A stretch of 64,000 bases of DNA from an uncultured Gemmatimonadaceae bacterium. Its GTDB lineage: Bacteria > Gemmatimonadota > Gemmatimonadetes > Gemmatimonadales > Gemmatimonadaceae. A model generated the notes under the pieces. That model made no database searches. It had not been told where the DNA came from and saw nothing but the letters and a program-made list of their open reading frames with translations. The position numbers were made by a program, and so were the translations under genes. Shown one piece after another: positions 9,627 to 19,913 of this stretch (position 1 is the first letter of the stretch; every line of letters starts with the position of its first letter). The DNA lies in the NCBI GenBank assembly GCA_963790305.1, contig CAWBOC010000003.1, positions 122,479 through 186,478 on the forward strand, read 5' to 3'.

Positions 9627-10649
9627 TCAATGCGCCCCTTCGCGGATCTGTCCAATGAACACGCTCGTCAGCACGGCGAAAATGAACGCCTGCAAGAATG
9701 CCACGAACAGCTCGAGCATCATGATCGCGAGCGCCATCACGAACGGGCCGCCTGCGACCCACCAGCTACCGAAGGTGAAAATGAGGCCCACCAGCGCAAG
9801 CACGACCACGTGACCCGCGGTCATGTTCGCGAAGAGACGAATCGCCAGCGCAAAGGGCTTGGTGAACTTTCCGATGATCTCGACCGGGGTCATGATCAGC
9901 GTCATCGGCAGCTTCATTCCCAGCGGCATGTCGTGCGGCCAGTAGACGATCGTGTTGATGTACCCCCTGCCTAACGTCCGGATGCCTGCCCACTCGACCA
10001 TCAAGAACGAGAGGATGGCGAGCGTCGCCGTCACCGAGATGTTGCCCGTCGCCGTCGAGCCGTACGGGACGAGGCCGAGCATGTTGGCGAACAGGATGAA
10101 GTAGAAGAGCGTCAGGATGAACGGGACATACCGCTCGCCGTGGTGGCCGACGTTCGGCATGATCACCTCGTTCCGCATGTAGAGCGACACGGCCTCGATC
10201 GCGTTCGGAAAACCCTTCGGCGCCCGGCCCGCTGCCTGGTACCGACGTGCACCGCGACCGGCGAAGAAAAGGGCCACGAAGGTGAGGATCGCGGCGAGCC
10301 AGAGCATGACGACGTGCTTGGTCGGCGAGAGGTCGAGCGTCGAAGCTCGCCAATGTGGATCGGCTCCCACTCCGGCAGGTGGCACTCGCGCGCCTGCCAG
10401 ATCTTCCACGACGCCGGGCACTCCATGTGGTGCGAGTCGCTGATGTGCGGCGTGATGATGTCGACGTTATGCGACGCCTCCGACTCGCCTGCGTGCTGCT
10501 CCTCGGGCGCGTGCCCCTGAATCTCCTGGGCGACCTTGGCCGAGACCATCGAATCGACGTCCGGCCGCGCCTGAGCTTCGTGCTCCTGCGCGAGCAGTGA
10601 GCGAGGCGCTCAGGAGGAGCGCGGCGGCCAGGGAGAGTCCGAATCTCAT
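9627..10649 (-). pseudogene. atpB: F-type ATP synthase subunit a with a long N-terminal extension, two frame breaks as assembled
   Basis: ORF 9627..10421 is the canonical a-subunit core (LAIRLFANMTAGH). ORF 10163..10549 supplies DIITPHISDSHHMECP...LPEWEPIHIG upstream. ORF 10467..10649 supplies a signal-like MRFGLSLAAALLLSAS, with its ATG overlapping the upstream stop (ATGA). Confidence 0.85.
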
Positions 10650-10993
10650 CGAGCGAGCAGGAGGGGTTCTACGAGCGTCGAGAGGAAGAAGAACATCGCC
10701 AGACTGACGAGCGCCGCTGTCGCCGGAAGGCCGAGCGGGCCCACGAACACGAGCGCGTAGAGCGAGAGGGTCACGAGCCGCATGAGGGCGCCGAGTCCCC
10801 AGCCGACCATCACCTGGTCGCGCCTGACGAGGGTCGCGACGCCGAACGCGAGCATCTGCACGACGAAGGCAATGGCGGCGCTGAGCCAGATCGCGCGCTC
10901 CTCAGCCGGCGTCGACCAGACGATGGTCATGATCGCGGCGGTGCTGGCAGTGAGGGCGGCGGCGAGGGCCGCAAAGGCGAGCACACGTTTCAT
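10646..10993 (-). CDS. ATP synthase protein I-like small membrane protein
   Basis: Intact 115-aa ORF that is all hydrophobic helices. It sits between the AtpZ-like gene and atpB with overlapping stop/start codons. Confidence 0.6.
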   Translation of the reverse strand: MKRVLAFAALAAALTASTAAIMTIVWSTPAEERAIWLSAAIAFVVQMLAFGVATLVRRDQVMVGWGLGALMRLVTLSLYALVFVGPLGLPATAALVSLAMFFFLSTLVEPLLLAR

Positions 10994-11259
10994 TGGCGTT
11001 TGCGGGCTTCGTCTTCCCGCTTCTGGTCAGCCATGAGTCGTCGATAAATGCTGTAGAAGCTGGCGCCGGCGCCGAGGAAGACACCGGCCATGAGGAGCCA
11101 CGGGGTGGTGCCGAACCGCTCGTCGAGCCACTTGCCCAGGAACAGGAAGAGGAGGATCGCGACGACGAACTGCATCCCGAGCCCGGCCACGGCGGCGCCG
11201 GAGGTGCCGCCGTGAGGCGGCGAGCGCTTGGGGTCGTGGTGCTCGCGCTCCTCGTTCAT
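10990..11259 (-). CDS. AtpZ/AtpR-like F0F1 ATPase-associated membrane protein
   Basis: From MNEEREHH within ORF 10990..11361(-): GLGMQFVVAILLFLFLGKWLDERFGTTPWLLMAGVFLGAGASFYSIYR matches the AtpZ (ATPase_gene1) pattern. It is the first gene of the atp string. Confidence 0.7.
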   Translation of the reverse strand: MNEEREHHDPKRSPPHGGTSGAAVAGLGMQFVVAILLFLFLGKWLDERFGTTPWLLMAGVFLGAGASFYSIYRRLMADQKREDEARKRQ

Positions 11260-11485
11260 GGCGAGAAAGCTAGTGCTTGTGAAATTTTTCGCAAGCTCAT
11301 TAGAAATCCAAACCGAACAGACACCGCAGATTTGTGACCTCTCACCAAGTTTCGGTGACATTTACACTTACGCGTTACCCCAGGGTTGAAGTATCGTCCT
11401 GGTGTTGATAAGTTTGCCGGCTCTTCCGCCACCGACGCGACCGGTGGCCACCGACCCGGCCCTCTTCTGTCCCCGTCCGTTGACA

Positions 11486-11944
11486 ATGCGTTCCCGCCTT
11501 CTCGTCCTGCTGCTTTGCGCCGGCGCCCTCGTCCTGGCCTGCGGCCCTCGCGCCCACTCGAACGAAACCTCTGCTACTACGTCGCACGCGTCGGACAACA
11601 CCGGGAAGGTGCTCGCGACATCGCTCAACGTGTCGGTCGAGCGCGGCGTTCAATTCGCGTTCCACGTCACGAACAACAGCGAGAAAGGGATCGAGCTGCG
11701 CTTTCCGAGCTCGCAGACGCACGACTTCGTCGTGATCGATTCGACCGGACGCGAAGTGTGGCGCTGGGCCGGCGAGCGGATGTTCACGTCGGCGATGCAA
11801 ACGAAGATGCTCGGCGCGCGCGAGACGATGAAGGTGGAAGAAGATTGGGATCCGGCCGGCAAGAAGGGAAAGTTCACCGTCGTCGCGAAGCTGACGAGCC
11901 GGAGCCACCCGCTGGAAGAGAAAGCCGAGTTCGCGCTGCCCTGA
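11486..11944 (+). CDS. Lipoprotein, BsuPI-like proteinase-inhibitor fold
   Basis: From MRSRLLVLLLCAGALVLAC (lipobox) within ORF 11402..11944. VQFAFHVTNNSEKGIELRFPSSQTHDFVVIDSTGREVWRW fits the BsuPI family pattern. Confidence 0.65.
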   Translation: MRSRLLVLLLCAGALVLACGPRAHSNETSATTSHASDNTGKVLATSLNVSVERGVQFAFHVTNNSEKGIELRFPSSQTHDFVVIDSTGREVWRWAGERMFTSAMQTKMLGARETMKVEEDWDPAGKKGKFTVVAKLTSRSHPLEEKAEFALP

Positions 11945-12073
11945 CGCGCGTAAGGCGATTGAAAGAATGAAGGCCGCCCAGTGAGAGGCGGCCTTCGTCG
12001 TCTTCCCCCCGCGCGATCGCGGCGGTAACGTGGTCGCCGTCGTGCAGCGCAAACCTCCTCCGGGACCGACGAC

Positions 12074-13306
12074 ATGACGACTCCCCCCGCCGTTGCGTCG
12101 GGCAGCGCCGCATTCAACGCCGACGTATCACCGCGTTCAACGAGTGCTCGCGCCACCGAACGGATCGCGTCGGTCGACGTGCTTCGTGGAATCGCCGTCG
12201 TCCTCATGGCGATCGATCACGTGCGCGTGTACGCCGGGGTCCCTGCTGGCGGTCCCACGCCCGGTCTCTTCTTCACCCGATGGATCACGCATTTCGTCGC
12301 ACCGGTATTCGTCTTTCTCGCCGGTACGGCGGCCTTTCTGCACGGCCGGAAGCTGGGAAGCAAGCCAGCGTTGGCAAAATTCCTCCTCGCGCGCGGCGTG
12401 TTCCTCATCGCGCTCGAGCTCACCGTCATTCGGTTCGCCTGGACGTTCAACTTCGACTTCGCGAACTACATCCTGCTGGGTGTGATCTGGGTGATCGGAT
12501 GGAGCATGATCGCGCTCGCGGCGCTCGTGTTCCTGCCGACGGTGGTCGTCGGTGCGTTCGGCCTCGTTATGATCTTCGGACACAACCTGGCCGACTCTTT
12601 CATCCGTCCGAACCTCGAGTCGCTTCAGGGAAGCATACCGTGGGCGATTGGCTACTTCGCGTTCGAGATCGGCGACACCGGCCCGCTGGCAGTCCTCTAC
12701 TCGCTCGTTCCCTGGATTGGTGTCATGGCGGCGGGTTACGCGTTCGGCGCCGTGCTCGCGCTCGATGCCGAGCGGCGCAGACGCGTCTGTCTCCAGATCG
12801 GCGCGGCGGCGATTGCGTCGTTCATAGTGCTGAGAGCGCTGAACGCGTACGGCGATCCTCGGCCGTGGGATGGCAATGCGGCCGAGGGGTGGTGGCCTGT
12901 GCTGCGGTCCTTTCTCAACACGTCGAAGTATCCCGCGTCGCTGCTCTTCCTTCTGATGACGTTGGGTCCCGCGATCGTGTTGCTGCCATTTCTCGACAGG
13001 CCGCGTAATCGCGTGACGCGTGCGCTCCAGACATTTGGCCGCGTGCCCATGTTCTACTACCTGCTCCACATCCCGCTGATTCACCTCCTCGCGATCGGCG
13101 TATCACTCGCGAGAACGGGCGCTGTGGAGCCGTGGCTTTTCGAGAATCATCCCATGTGGATGAGCCCGGCGCCCGCCGGATATCAGTGGAGCCTATGGCT
13201 GCTGTATCTGGTCACGGCGGTCGCGGTCGGCCTTCTGTACCTCGCCTGCCGCTGGTACGCACGCGTGAAGCGCGAGTCGCGCAACCCCCTGCTACGCTAC
13301 CTGTGA
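12074..13306 (+). CDS. DUF1624 / heparan-alpha-glucosaminide N-acetyltransferase-like polytopic membrane protein
   Basis: Intact 410-aa ORF with N-terminal SVDVLRGIAVVLMAIDHVRVY and multiple TM helices. Confidence 0.7.
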   Translation: MTTPPAVASGSAAFNADVSPRSTSARATERIASVDVLRGIAVVLMAIDHVRVYAGVPAGGPTPGLFFTRWITHFVAPVFVFLAGTAAFLHGRKLGSKPALAKFLLARGVFLIALELTVIRFAWTFNFDFANYILLGVIWVIGWSMIALAALVFLPTVVVGAFGLVMIFGHNLADSFIRPNLESLQGSIPWAIGYFAFEIGDTGPLAVLYSLVPWIGVMAAGYAFGAVLALDAERRRRVCLQIGAAAIASFIVLRALNAYGDPRPWDGNAAEGWWPVLRSFLNTSKYPASLLFLLMTLGPAIVLLPFLDRPRNRVTRALQTFGRVPMFYYLLHIPLIHLLAIGVSLARTGAVEPWLFENHPMWMSPAPAGYQWSLWLLYLVTAVAVGLLYLACRWYARVKRESRNPLLRYL

Positions 13307-13389
13307 CGTTCAGTTCGCAGTCGCTTCCAGTGACTTGACGAGCCGATAGGCGGGTCCAAATGTCAGCGACAGCCTCCTCGGAGATCCCC

Positions 13390-14172
13390 ATGCTCATGCG
13401 TCGTCGGCTCGCCCCCATCATCCTTGGCACGCTGGTCATCGCCTGCGGCGACGGCTCGACCGGCCCAGGCGCAGTCGACCTTCGACTCGCCGCAAGCAGC
13501 TTCAATGACCTCGGCCTTTCGCGAAGGCGCGCCGGTGACGGCAGCGGCGCGGGCGCATCGCAGGCGGCGGCGCTGGCGTTGCGAGCCGGAGTTCGGCCGG
13601 CGCGGGTGCGGATCGCCATCGACGGGGTAACGGAGGACTACTGGGCGCTCGAGATCGAACGCGGCTTTGCGGGCGGGATCAGAATGTTATCGACCGCGCC
13701 TGACCCTCTCGTCGGACGAACCCTGGTGGCCTGGCGCGGCGGACCGGTTGAGCGCGTCGTCTCGTTCACGATCATGAGCGACACCGGCACTTTCTCGCTC
13801 ATGCGGTACTACGGGCTGGGTGCGCTCCCCCCGGATCGTATTCTTTTCGATCCTGCCTTCGGTGTCATGTTCGAGCGGGGGGGACCGGCACATCTCTCGG
13901 TCGATGGTGGCGCACGCAGCACGCGCGAATCGCTCGGCTCGGAGTGCGAGGCGCCGCAGAGATCCATTCTGAACATGCTGTCGTCGTTCTATCTGCCCGA
14001 GACGTGTCAGCGCGCGGTCTTCTTCACCCGCTTCAACATGCGGGTGCAAGAATGGACGTCCGCCGGGCTGGACGCGGCGCGATCACGCGTCGTGGAGATG
14101 GCGGGTCACGAGGTCCCGGGCATTCGGCTCGAGTATCAACCGATCGAGCGGCCGTGTCCGGTGTGTGACTAG
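13390..14172 (+). CDS. Hypothetical lipoprotein with C-terminal CPVC
   Basis: ORF 13360..14172. MLMRRRLAPIILGTLVIAC is a lipobox. I recognise no family. Confidence 0.5.
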   Translation: MLMRRRLAPIILGTLVIACGDGSTGPGAVDLRLAASSFNDLGLSRRRAGDGSGAGASQAAALALRAGVRPARVRIAIDGVTEDYWALEIERGFAGGIRMLSTAPDPLVGRTLVAWRGGPVERVVSFTIMSDTGTFSLMRYYGLGALPPDRILFDPAFGVMFERGGPAHLSVDGGARSTRESLGSECEAPQRSILNMLSSFYLPETCQRAVFFTRFNMRVQEWTSAGLDAARSRVVEMAGHEVPGIRLEYQPIERPCPVCD

Positions 14173-14264
14173 AGGCGCTAGAGGCGCTAGAGGCGCTAGA
14201 GGCGCTAGAGGCGCTAGAGGCGGCTAGCCTCAGCGCCCTTAGCGCCTTTAGCGCCTCTAGCGCC
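14170..14264. repeat. Hairpin of tandem 9-nt units (TAGAGGCGC x6 then inverted GCGCCNNTA x3-4)
   Basis: Starts on the TAG stop codon of the upstream gene: (TAGAGGCGC)x6 GGCTAGCCTCA GCGCCCTTAGCGCCTTTAGCGCCTCTAGCGCC. Confidence 0.9.
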
Positions 14265-14345
14265 TTTCGACACTCTTACCGCCCCTCCCTTAACCTGGCG
14301 CGCCTCCCTCGGTAGAATTCGGGCGACCCAACCTACGGGACGCAC

Positions 14346-15359
14346 GTGGCGCAACCAGCACGGACGACGGCAGGGGCGGAATCGCGGGATGTCGAGCTGC
14401 TCCATCAATTGGCGCGCGCCCGGCGCGCGCTGCTGGATCAGATCGGCCGCCGCATCATCGGGCAGCACGAGGTGGTCGACAACCTCGTCGCCGCGCTCCT
14501 GAGCGGCGGGCATGCCCTGCTCGTCGGCGTGCCGGGCCTCGCGAAGACGCTGCTGGTGAAGACCGTGGCGGAGGCGCTCGATCTGGCCTTTTCACGCGTG
14601 CAGTTCACGCCTGACCTGATGCCGAGCGACATCACCGGGACGGAGCTGCTCGAGGAGGAGCACGCGACTGGGCGCCGCATCTTCAAATTTGTGCGCGGGC
14701 CGATTTTCGGGAACGTGATTCTCGCCGACGAGATCAATCGCGCCCCACCGAAGACGCAGGCGGCGCTTCTCCAGGCGATGCAGGAGCACGCGGTGACGGC
14801 GAGCGGCCAGACGTTCTCGCTGCCCGAGCCGTTCTTCGTGCTGGCAACGCAGAACCCGATCGAGCAGGAAGGGACGTACCCGCTCCCGGAGGCGCAGCTC
14901 GACCGGTTCATGTTCGAGCTCCGGGTGGGATACCCCTCGCGCGAGGAGGAGGAGCGCATCGTCACCACCACGACGGGCGACGTCGAGGCCACGGTGTCAC
15001 CCGTTCTGACGGCGGCGCAGCTCACCGAGCTGCAGCATCTCGTCAGGCGGCTCCCCGCTCCGCCGACGGTCGTGCAATATGCCGTGCGCGTGGCGCGCTC
15101 TACCCGCCCCGACGCGCCCGAGGCGACGCCCGACGTCAAGAAGTACGTGAGCTGGGGCGCGGGGCCCCGCGCGTCCCAATACCTCATCCTCGGCGCCAAG
15201 GCGAAGGCCGCAATGGATGGGCGGTCGGTGCCCGACATCGACGACGTGCGCGGCGTGGCACTGTCGGTGCTGCGCCACCGCGTCGTGGTGAACTTCCAGG
15301 CCGAGGCCGAGGGTATCGGCGTGGAGCGACTTCTCTCGCTCGAAGAAAAGGCCCGCTGA
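14346..15359 (+). CDS. MoxR-like AAA+ ATPase
   Basis: Intact 337-aa ORF with [14 protein letters not shown] (Walker A), [23 protein letters not shown] and [23 protein letters not shown]. Confidence 0.9.
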   Translation: MAQPARTTAGAESRDVELLHQLARARRALLDQIGRRIIGQHEVVDNLVAALLSGGHALLVGVPGLAKTLLVKTVAEALDLAFSRVQFTPDLMPSDITGTELLEEEHATGRRIFKFVRGPIFGNVILADEINRAPPKTQAALLQAMQEHAVTASGQTFSLPEPFFVLATQNPIEQEGTYPLPEAQLDRFMFELRVGYPSREEEERIVTTTTGDVEATVSPVLTAAQLTELQHLVRRLPAPPTVVQYAVRVARSTRPDAPEATPDVKKYVSWGAGPRASQYLILGAKAKAAMDGRSVPDIDDVRGVALSVLRHRVVVNFQAEAEGIGVERLLSLEEKAR

Positions 15360-15915
15360 TTGGAGACCACGCTCGGTACCGCGTACCTGACGCATCTCCA
15401 ACGCACGTACCGGATGTACAAGGAGCTGGGCGAGCGCGCGATCGCGCAGGTGGAATCTGACGCGGATCTTCACCGCCAGCTCGATCCCGATTCCAACAGC
15501 ATCGCCATCATCGTCAAGCACCTCGCCGGCAACTTGCGGTCGCGCTTTCGCGACTTCCTCACGACGGATGGGGAGAAGCCGGACCGCGATCGCGACAGCG
15601 AGTTCGTCGAAGACGATCGCGTTTCGCGCGCCGAAGTCCTGGGCTGGTGGAACGACGGGTGGGACATGCTGCTGCGCGCGCTCGAGGCGCTGACCGCGGA
15701 CGACCTCGAGCGCACGGTCCACATTGGTGGCGAGAAATTTCTCGTGGTCGAAGCGCTCAATCGATCTGTGACGCACACCGCGTATCACGTAGGCCAAATC
15801 GTGTACGTCGCGCGGCATCTCGGCGTCCGGGCGGTGGACGTCGCTGAGCATCCCGAAGGCACGGGCGGTCGAGGCCGAAACGGCCACCCACGGCAGCCGA
15901 CTGCCCAGGAGTTAG
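15360..15915 (+). pseudogene. DinB-like DUF1572 protein, C-terminal frame break as assembled
   Basis: ORF 15360..15947 contains NSIAIIVKHLAGNLRSRFRDFLTTDGEKPDRDRDSEF and HTAYHVGQIVYVARHL. The tail is plausible in another frame (WTSLSIPKA...) ending at TAG near 15913-15915. Confidence 0.7.
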
Positions 15916-16049
15916 GCGTTCCCGCGGGGTCGGGCAAGACGACCTAACGCGTTACGAGGTTGCACGTCGAGACGTCGACAAGGTAGCGCCGGAGGGTGTT
16001 CCACACCGGCGTTCCTACCTACGGCCCCTTTTCTCGACGTGAGGCTCCC

Positions 16050-16751
16050 ATGTACGGTCGGCTCTCGATTATAGCGGCGTTCTCGCTGATCGCCGCGCTC
16101 CCCGCGCATGCGCAGCTTTGCGCCGGGACGGCGTCATATACCACCGGCAGAATGCAAGTCGGCGGTCAGTTCCTCTCGAACGACGACTACTCGGCGTACG
16201 GCGTCGGTCTGAACGTTGGCAATGCGCGCGGCGTGTACGGCGGCGTGCAGGTCGCCAACTACGACTACGATTTCATCAATGAATCGGGTCTGACGATCGG
16301 CGTCGGCGGTGGCTATCAGATGCGCCCCGCGAAGCAGGGCTTCCAGATCTGCCCGGTCGCGGCGCTTGGCATCGGCCTCGGCCCGGATAACATCGCCGGC
16401 AGCAACACCGACATGTCGACGTTCCAGTTCTCGGCCGGCGCGCTGATCGGTCTGGTCGCGCATCGCTCCGGGAACATGCAGATCATCCCGACGGGCGGTC
16501 TCTCGATCGTGAACTCGAAGTTCACGCTGTCCTCGCCGGGCGGCCAAAACGTCGAAGACAGCGAGACCTTCCTCGCCATTGATCTTGGCGCGGGGTTGGT
16601 CTTCAACTCGGTGTGGACGATTCGTCCGATGCTGAGCCTCCCGATGGGCGCCGATAACCGCGAGGAAAGCGTCTCGCTCGGCGTATCGTACAACTTCGGC
16701 AAGCGCGCGGCGTCGAAGCCAGCACGTCAGCCTGCTCGTCGTAGCCGCTAG
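16050..16751 (+). CDS. Outer-membrane beta-barrel protein (porin-family/OmpA-barrel-like)
   Basis: From MYGRLSIIAAFSLIAALPAHAQ (signal peptide) within ORF 15996..16751. It has alternating beta-strand patterning, a Gly/aromatic-rich composition, and a GAGG RBS before the ATG. Confidence 0.65.
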   Translation: MYGRLSIIAAFSLIAALPAHAQLCAGTASYTTGRMQVGGQFLSNDDYSAYGVGLNVGNARGVYGGVQVANYDYDFINESGLTIGVGGGYQMRPAKQGFQICPVAALGIGLGPDNIAGSNTDMSTFQFSAGALIGLVAHRSGNMQIIPTGGLSIVNSKFTLSSPGGQNVEDSETFLAIDLGAGLVFNSVWTIRPMLSLPMGADNREESVSLGVSYNFGKRAASKPARQPARRSR

Positions 16752-16814
16752 TCGCTCTGTTTCACGCGATGCCCCCGTCGGCCAGGCCGGCGGGGGCATC
16801 GTTTTTTTCATGAC

Positions 16815-18087
16815 CTAACGCGTGAGCGCCGCGAGCATCTTCGGATCGCTACGGATGGTCTCGTCCTCGAGCAGGTCGGGCCGCACCTCCGCGCCGGCGG
16901 CAACGAGCATCGCCACGACCTCATGGTAGCGTTCGGCGGGGAGCCATCGGCTCCTCGCTCCATGCGTGGAGTGCCCAGACCAGCGGCGGTGTGCCCCAGG
17001 TCTCATCCTTCACATTGACGGGCGCGCCATGGCGCAGCAGGAGCCTAACGAGCTCGACGTGGGCGCCGAACGCGGCGACGTGCAGCCCCGTGTGCCCGCG
17101 GCCGAACGCGTCGATGCGAACCTCGGGCTCGACGCCATTCGCCAGGAAGAATTCCACGACCGCGGCGCGGCCGTAGCCGCATGCCATCGAGAAGGCGGTG
17201 CTCACCTGTGCGCTCGTTGTGCCCGGCTTCGGATTGCCGTCGGCGTCGAAGAATGATCGGACCAGATCGAGCCGGCCAACGCCGGCGGCTTCCACGAGAT
17301 CGAGCCGTGCCACCCGGTCGGCGAGGTACGCGGCGGCCTCGGGTTGACCGTTGGCCAGGCACGCATTCACGGCTCCGGCGTCGAGACGAGCGCCGCGACG
17401 CAGGAGTATCTCCATGAGCTCCTGCTGGACGCCGGCTCGCTGCGGATGGACGCTCGTCGCGACGAGGCCGAGCGTCGTCGCCCCGCCGCCGTACATGTCG
17501 GCCTCTGCGTCGACCTCCGCGCCAGCATCGAGGAGCGTGGTCGCGACCGCGACCGCGTTGGTGGGGGTTCGCTGCCGGTAGTTCTCGACGCCATTGGCGC
17601 TAACGTAGTGCAGCAGCGTCGCCCGATGCTCGCGCGTAGACCGAGCGCGGATCAGGTCCGGGTCGTCGCGCAGCAGCCGGGCGAGCGTATCCAGATTGCC
17701 GGCGACGATAGCGTCCGCCGCGGCCTCATAGCTCGCGACCATCGAGCTCGTCGTCGCGAGCGCGTCGAGATGCTTCGCGAGCTTTGGCCAGCTCTCGAAC
17801 CCGTGGGCGCGCGCAATGATGAACTGCGCGTTCGCGAGCTGGCCACCCCGCGATAGCGTGTCGCGAGCGAACTGCTCGAGCTGGTCCGCATAACGAGCGA
17901 TCCCCCTGCGGCTCTCCGCCCACCCGTGGAGGCGGGCGATGGCTTCGATCCACTGCGCCGCCCAGGCGCGAAGCGCGCCCGAATCACCGGATTTGTGGGC
18001 TCGTACCAGGTCCTTCGCGCGCTTGCGGTACTGCTCGAGGCTGGGACGCGGCGGAAGGGGCAGGACATCCTGCGGGTTGGGATACAT
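16815..18087 (-). pseudogene. Ankyrin-repeat protein, one frame break as assembled
   Basis: ORF 16921..18087 has repeated ...TLLHYVSANG..., GHTGLHVAAFGAHVELVRLLLRHGAPVN. The last repeat continues in ORF 16815..17006 (YHEVVAMLVAAGAEV). Confidence 0.75.
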
Positions 18088-18290
18088 ACGAATCTCCTTT
18101 CAATGCGCGCCTGGAGTCCGCTGAGATCAGGCTGAAAGAAGGTTCGTTATGTTGGACGAGCTGTGGGTGGGCACTGCCCTTTCCGCGGACTGGATGCGCC
18201 CCTCGCGCTGCCGTCCAGTCTACAGGGCGCCGGTCCCGGCCGGAAGCACTATCTTTGCCCGAATCGGGCAGCGCACAGGACCCGTAGGGA

Positions 18291-18989
18291 ATGAGACCTT
18301 CATCAGGCGGAGACGAGCCCATGCTCGACGCGAGTCCACAGCGGCGAGGAAGACAGGAAGCCCCCACTCCCCCTGCTCCTCCTCAGGTGCCGGGAGACCA
18401 GCACGAGATTCACACCCTGGTGGGGCGGAGGCAGGAGATCGCGGCGCAGCTCGAGGCGCTGACGGAACGCCGCGAGGAAGTCGCCGACCAGCTTCACGGC
18501 GCCGAGGCGGCGGCTCGCCCTGGCCTCCTCGCGCGCCTGGGTGCGCTCGACGAGCGCATCGTCAAGCTCGAGCAGGAGATCCTGCAAGCGGACGATGCCA
18601 TCGCGGCAGCCGTCTCGGCTGGCGTCGTTGCCCCGCCCTCGCCGGACGTGCTGATCGAGACGTCCGAGCAGCCGTGGGACATGTCCACGTTCAGCGAGGA
18701 GGCGGTGGCGGTCATCGCGGGCGAGGCGATTCTGTTCGTGCTGCTCGGGATCATTCTCTACCAGATCGGATGGAGGCGCGCGAGGTCGAGGTTCTCGCGC
18801 GGCGGGCCTGAGTCTTCGGGGCGAATCGACCAGCTGCAGAATTCCGTCGATGCGATCGCCGTCGAGGTCGAGCGGATCTCCGAAGGGCAGAGGTACGTGT
18901 CGAAGCTGCTGAACGAGGGCACCCAGCCGGACGTCGTCGCGACAGGGGGGCAGGAAGAAGCTATTCCGGTGAGGCGCAAGGCGACCTGA
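18291..18989 (+). CDS. Hypothetical single-pass membrane protein with coiled-coil regions
   Basis: Intact 232-aa ORF with heptad-like EIAAQLEALTERREEVADQL and one TM (AVIAGEAILFVLLGIILYQIGW). No family recognised and the start is uncertain. Confidence 0.4.
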   Translation: MRPSSGGDEPMLDASPQRRGRQEAPTPPAPPQVPGDQHEIHTLVGRRQEIAAQLEALTERREEVADQLHGAEAAARPGLLARLGALDERIVKLEQEILQADDAIAAAVSAGVVAPPSPDVLIETSEQPWDMSTFSEEAVAVIAGEAILFVLLGIILYQIGWRRARSRFSRGGPESSGRIDQLQNSVDAIAVEVERISEGQRYVSKLLNEGTQPDVVATGGQEEAIPVRRKAT

Positions 18990-19064
18990 GCGCCGTCGGT
19001 TGATCGGTGTTCGAGTTTGGTAACGTCTCTTGCCTGCCCGCCTGACCAGGCGAGGATTGTCGGC

Positions 19065-19880
19065 ATGAGACCTCGCCTTCGTCTTCTCCCAGGCATAGGG
19101 GCGATTGCAGCGGCAATGTCTGCGTTCGCTCTGCCCGCGCAACGCGAGGGGGTTTCGATGACGTTCCTCGCCAACGAGGGCGTCATGCTCTCGGCTGGCG
19201 GCAAGAAAGTTCTCATCGATGCGCTCTTTCTGAAGTACGAGCGCGGCTACGCCGTTCCGGCTGACTCGACGCTCGCAGCGCTGCGGCGCGCGCGTCCCCC
19301 ATTCGATTCGGTGGACCTGGTGCTCGTGACGCACCGGCACGGGGACCACTTTCACCCGGCGCCGGTCGCGGCGCATCTGAACGCCAATCCTCGTGCGACG
19401 CTCGTCTCCTCGCAGCAAGTGATCGACAGTCTGCGCGGCTACGCTCCGGCCCGCGCCCTACCCGCCGAGCGACTCCTGGCGAGAACGATGAAAGCCGGCG
19501 CGAGGCGGCGCGATGTTTTGTCCGGAATCACCGTCGAGCTGCTCGGGCTTCCACACGGCGGCCATCCGCGCGTCGAGCACGTCGGCTACATTGTCGAGCT
19601 GGGAGGGCGACGCGTCCTCCACGTGGGGGACGCCGACATCAGCGAGCAGACGTTCGCTCCTTTCCGCCTCGATACCGCCCGCATCGACGTGGCACTCCTG
19701 CCATCCTGGGCTGTGCTGAGCCGAGACGATCGCCGCGTGATCGAGCGCTGGATCCGTCCGCGCCAGGTCGTAGCATTTCATCTGGGAGAACGCGACGGCG
19801 GGAGAACCGAGCGTGCGGTCCGAGCCGCAATGCCAGGCGCCATCACCCTCGTACGCTCCCTCGAAACGCGAACGTGGTAG
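19065..19880 (+). CDS. MBL-fold metallo-hydrolase, secreted
   Basis: From MRPRLRLLPGIGAIAAAMSAFALPAQ within ORF 19017..19880, with the VTHRHGDHFH metal motif. Confidence 0.75.
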   Translation: MRPRLRLLPGIGAIAAAMSAFALPAQREGVSMTFLANEGVMLSAGGKKVLIDALFLKYERGYAVPADSTLAALRRARPPFDSVDLVLVTHRHGDHFHPAPVAAHLNANPRATLVSSQQVIDSLRGYAPARALPAERLLARTMKAGARRRDVLSGITVELLGLPHGGHPRVEHVGYIVELGGRRVLHVGDADISEQTFAPFRLDTARIDVALLPSWAVLSRDDRRVIERWIRPRQVVAFHLGERDGGRTERAVRAAMPGAITLVRSLETRTW

Positions 19881-19913
19881 ATGCAAATATCTTCACGAAA
19901 GGAGACCGTCCTC

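Noticed and set aside
14170-14264. Possible CRISPR array, because of regularly repeated units (also at 2912-3039, 50228-50360 and elsewhere)
   Set aside because: The units are only 7-10 nt and directly abutting, with no spacers. Each tract is followed by its own inverted copy, and no cas genes are present. These are hairpin or tandem-repeat elements, not CRISPR.
15911-15950. Inverted pair of the GTTAGG/CCTAAC word after the DinB-like gene, as a USS-pair type terminator
   Set aside because: Only the 6-nt cores are complementary. The flanks do not extend the stem and there is no T-tract, so it is too weak to call a terminator.
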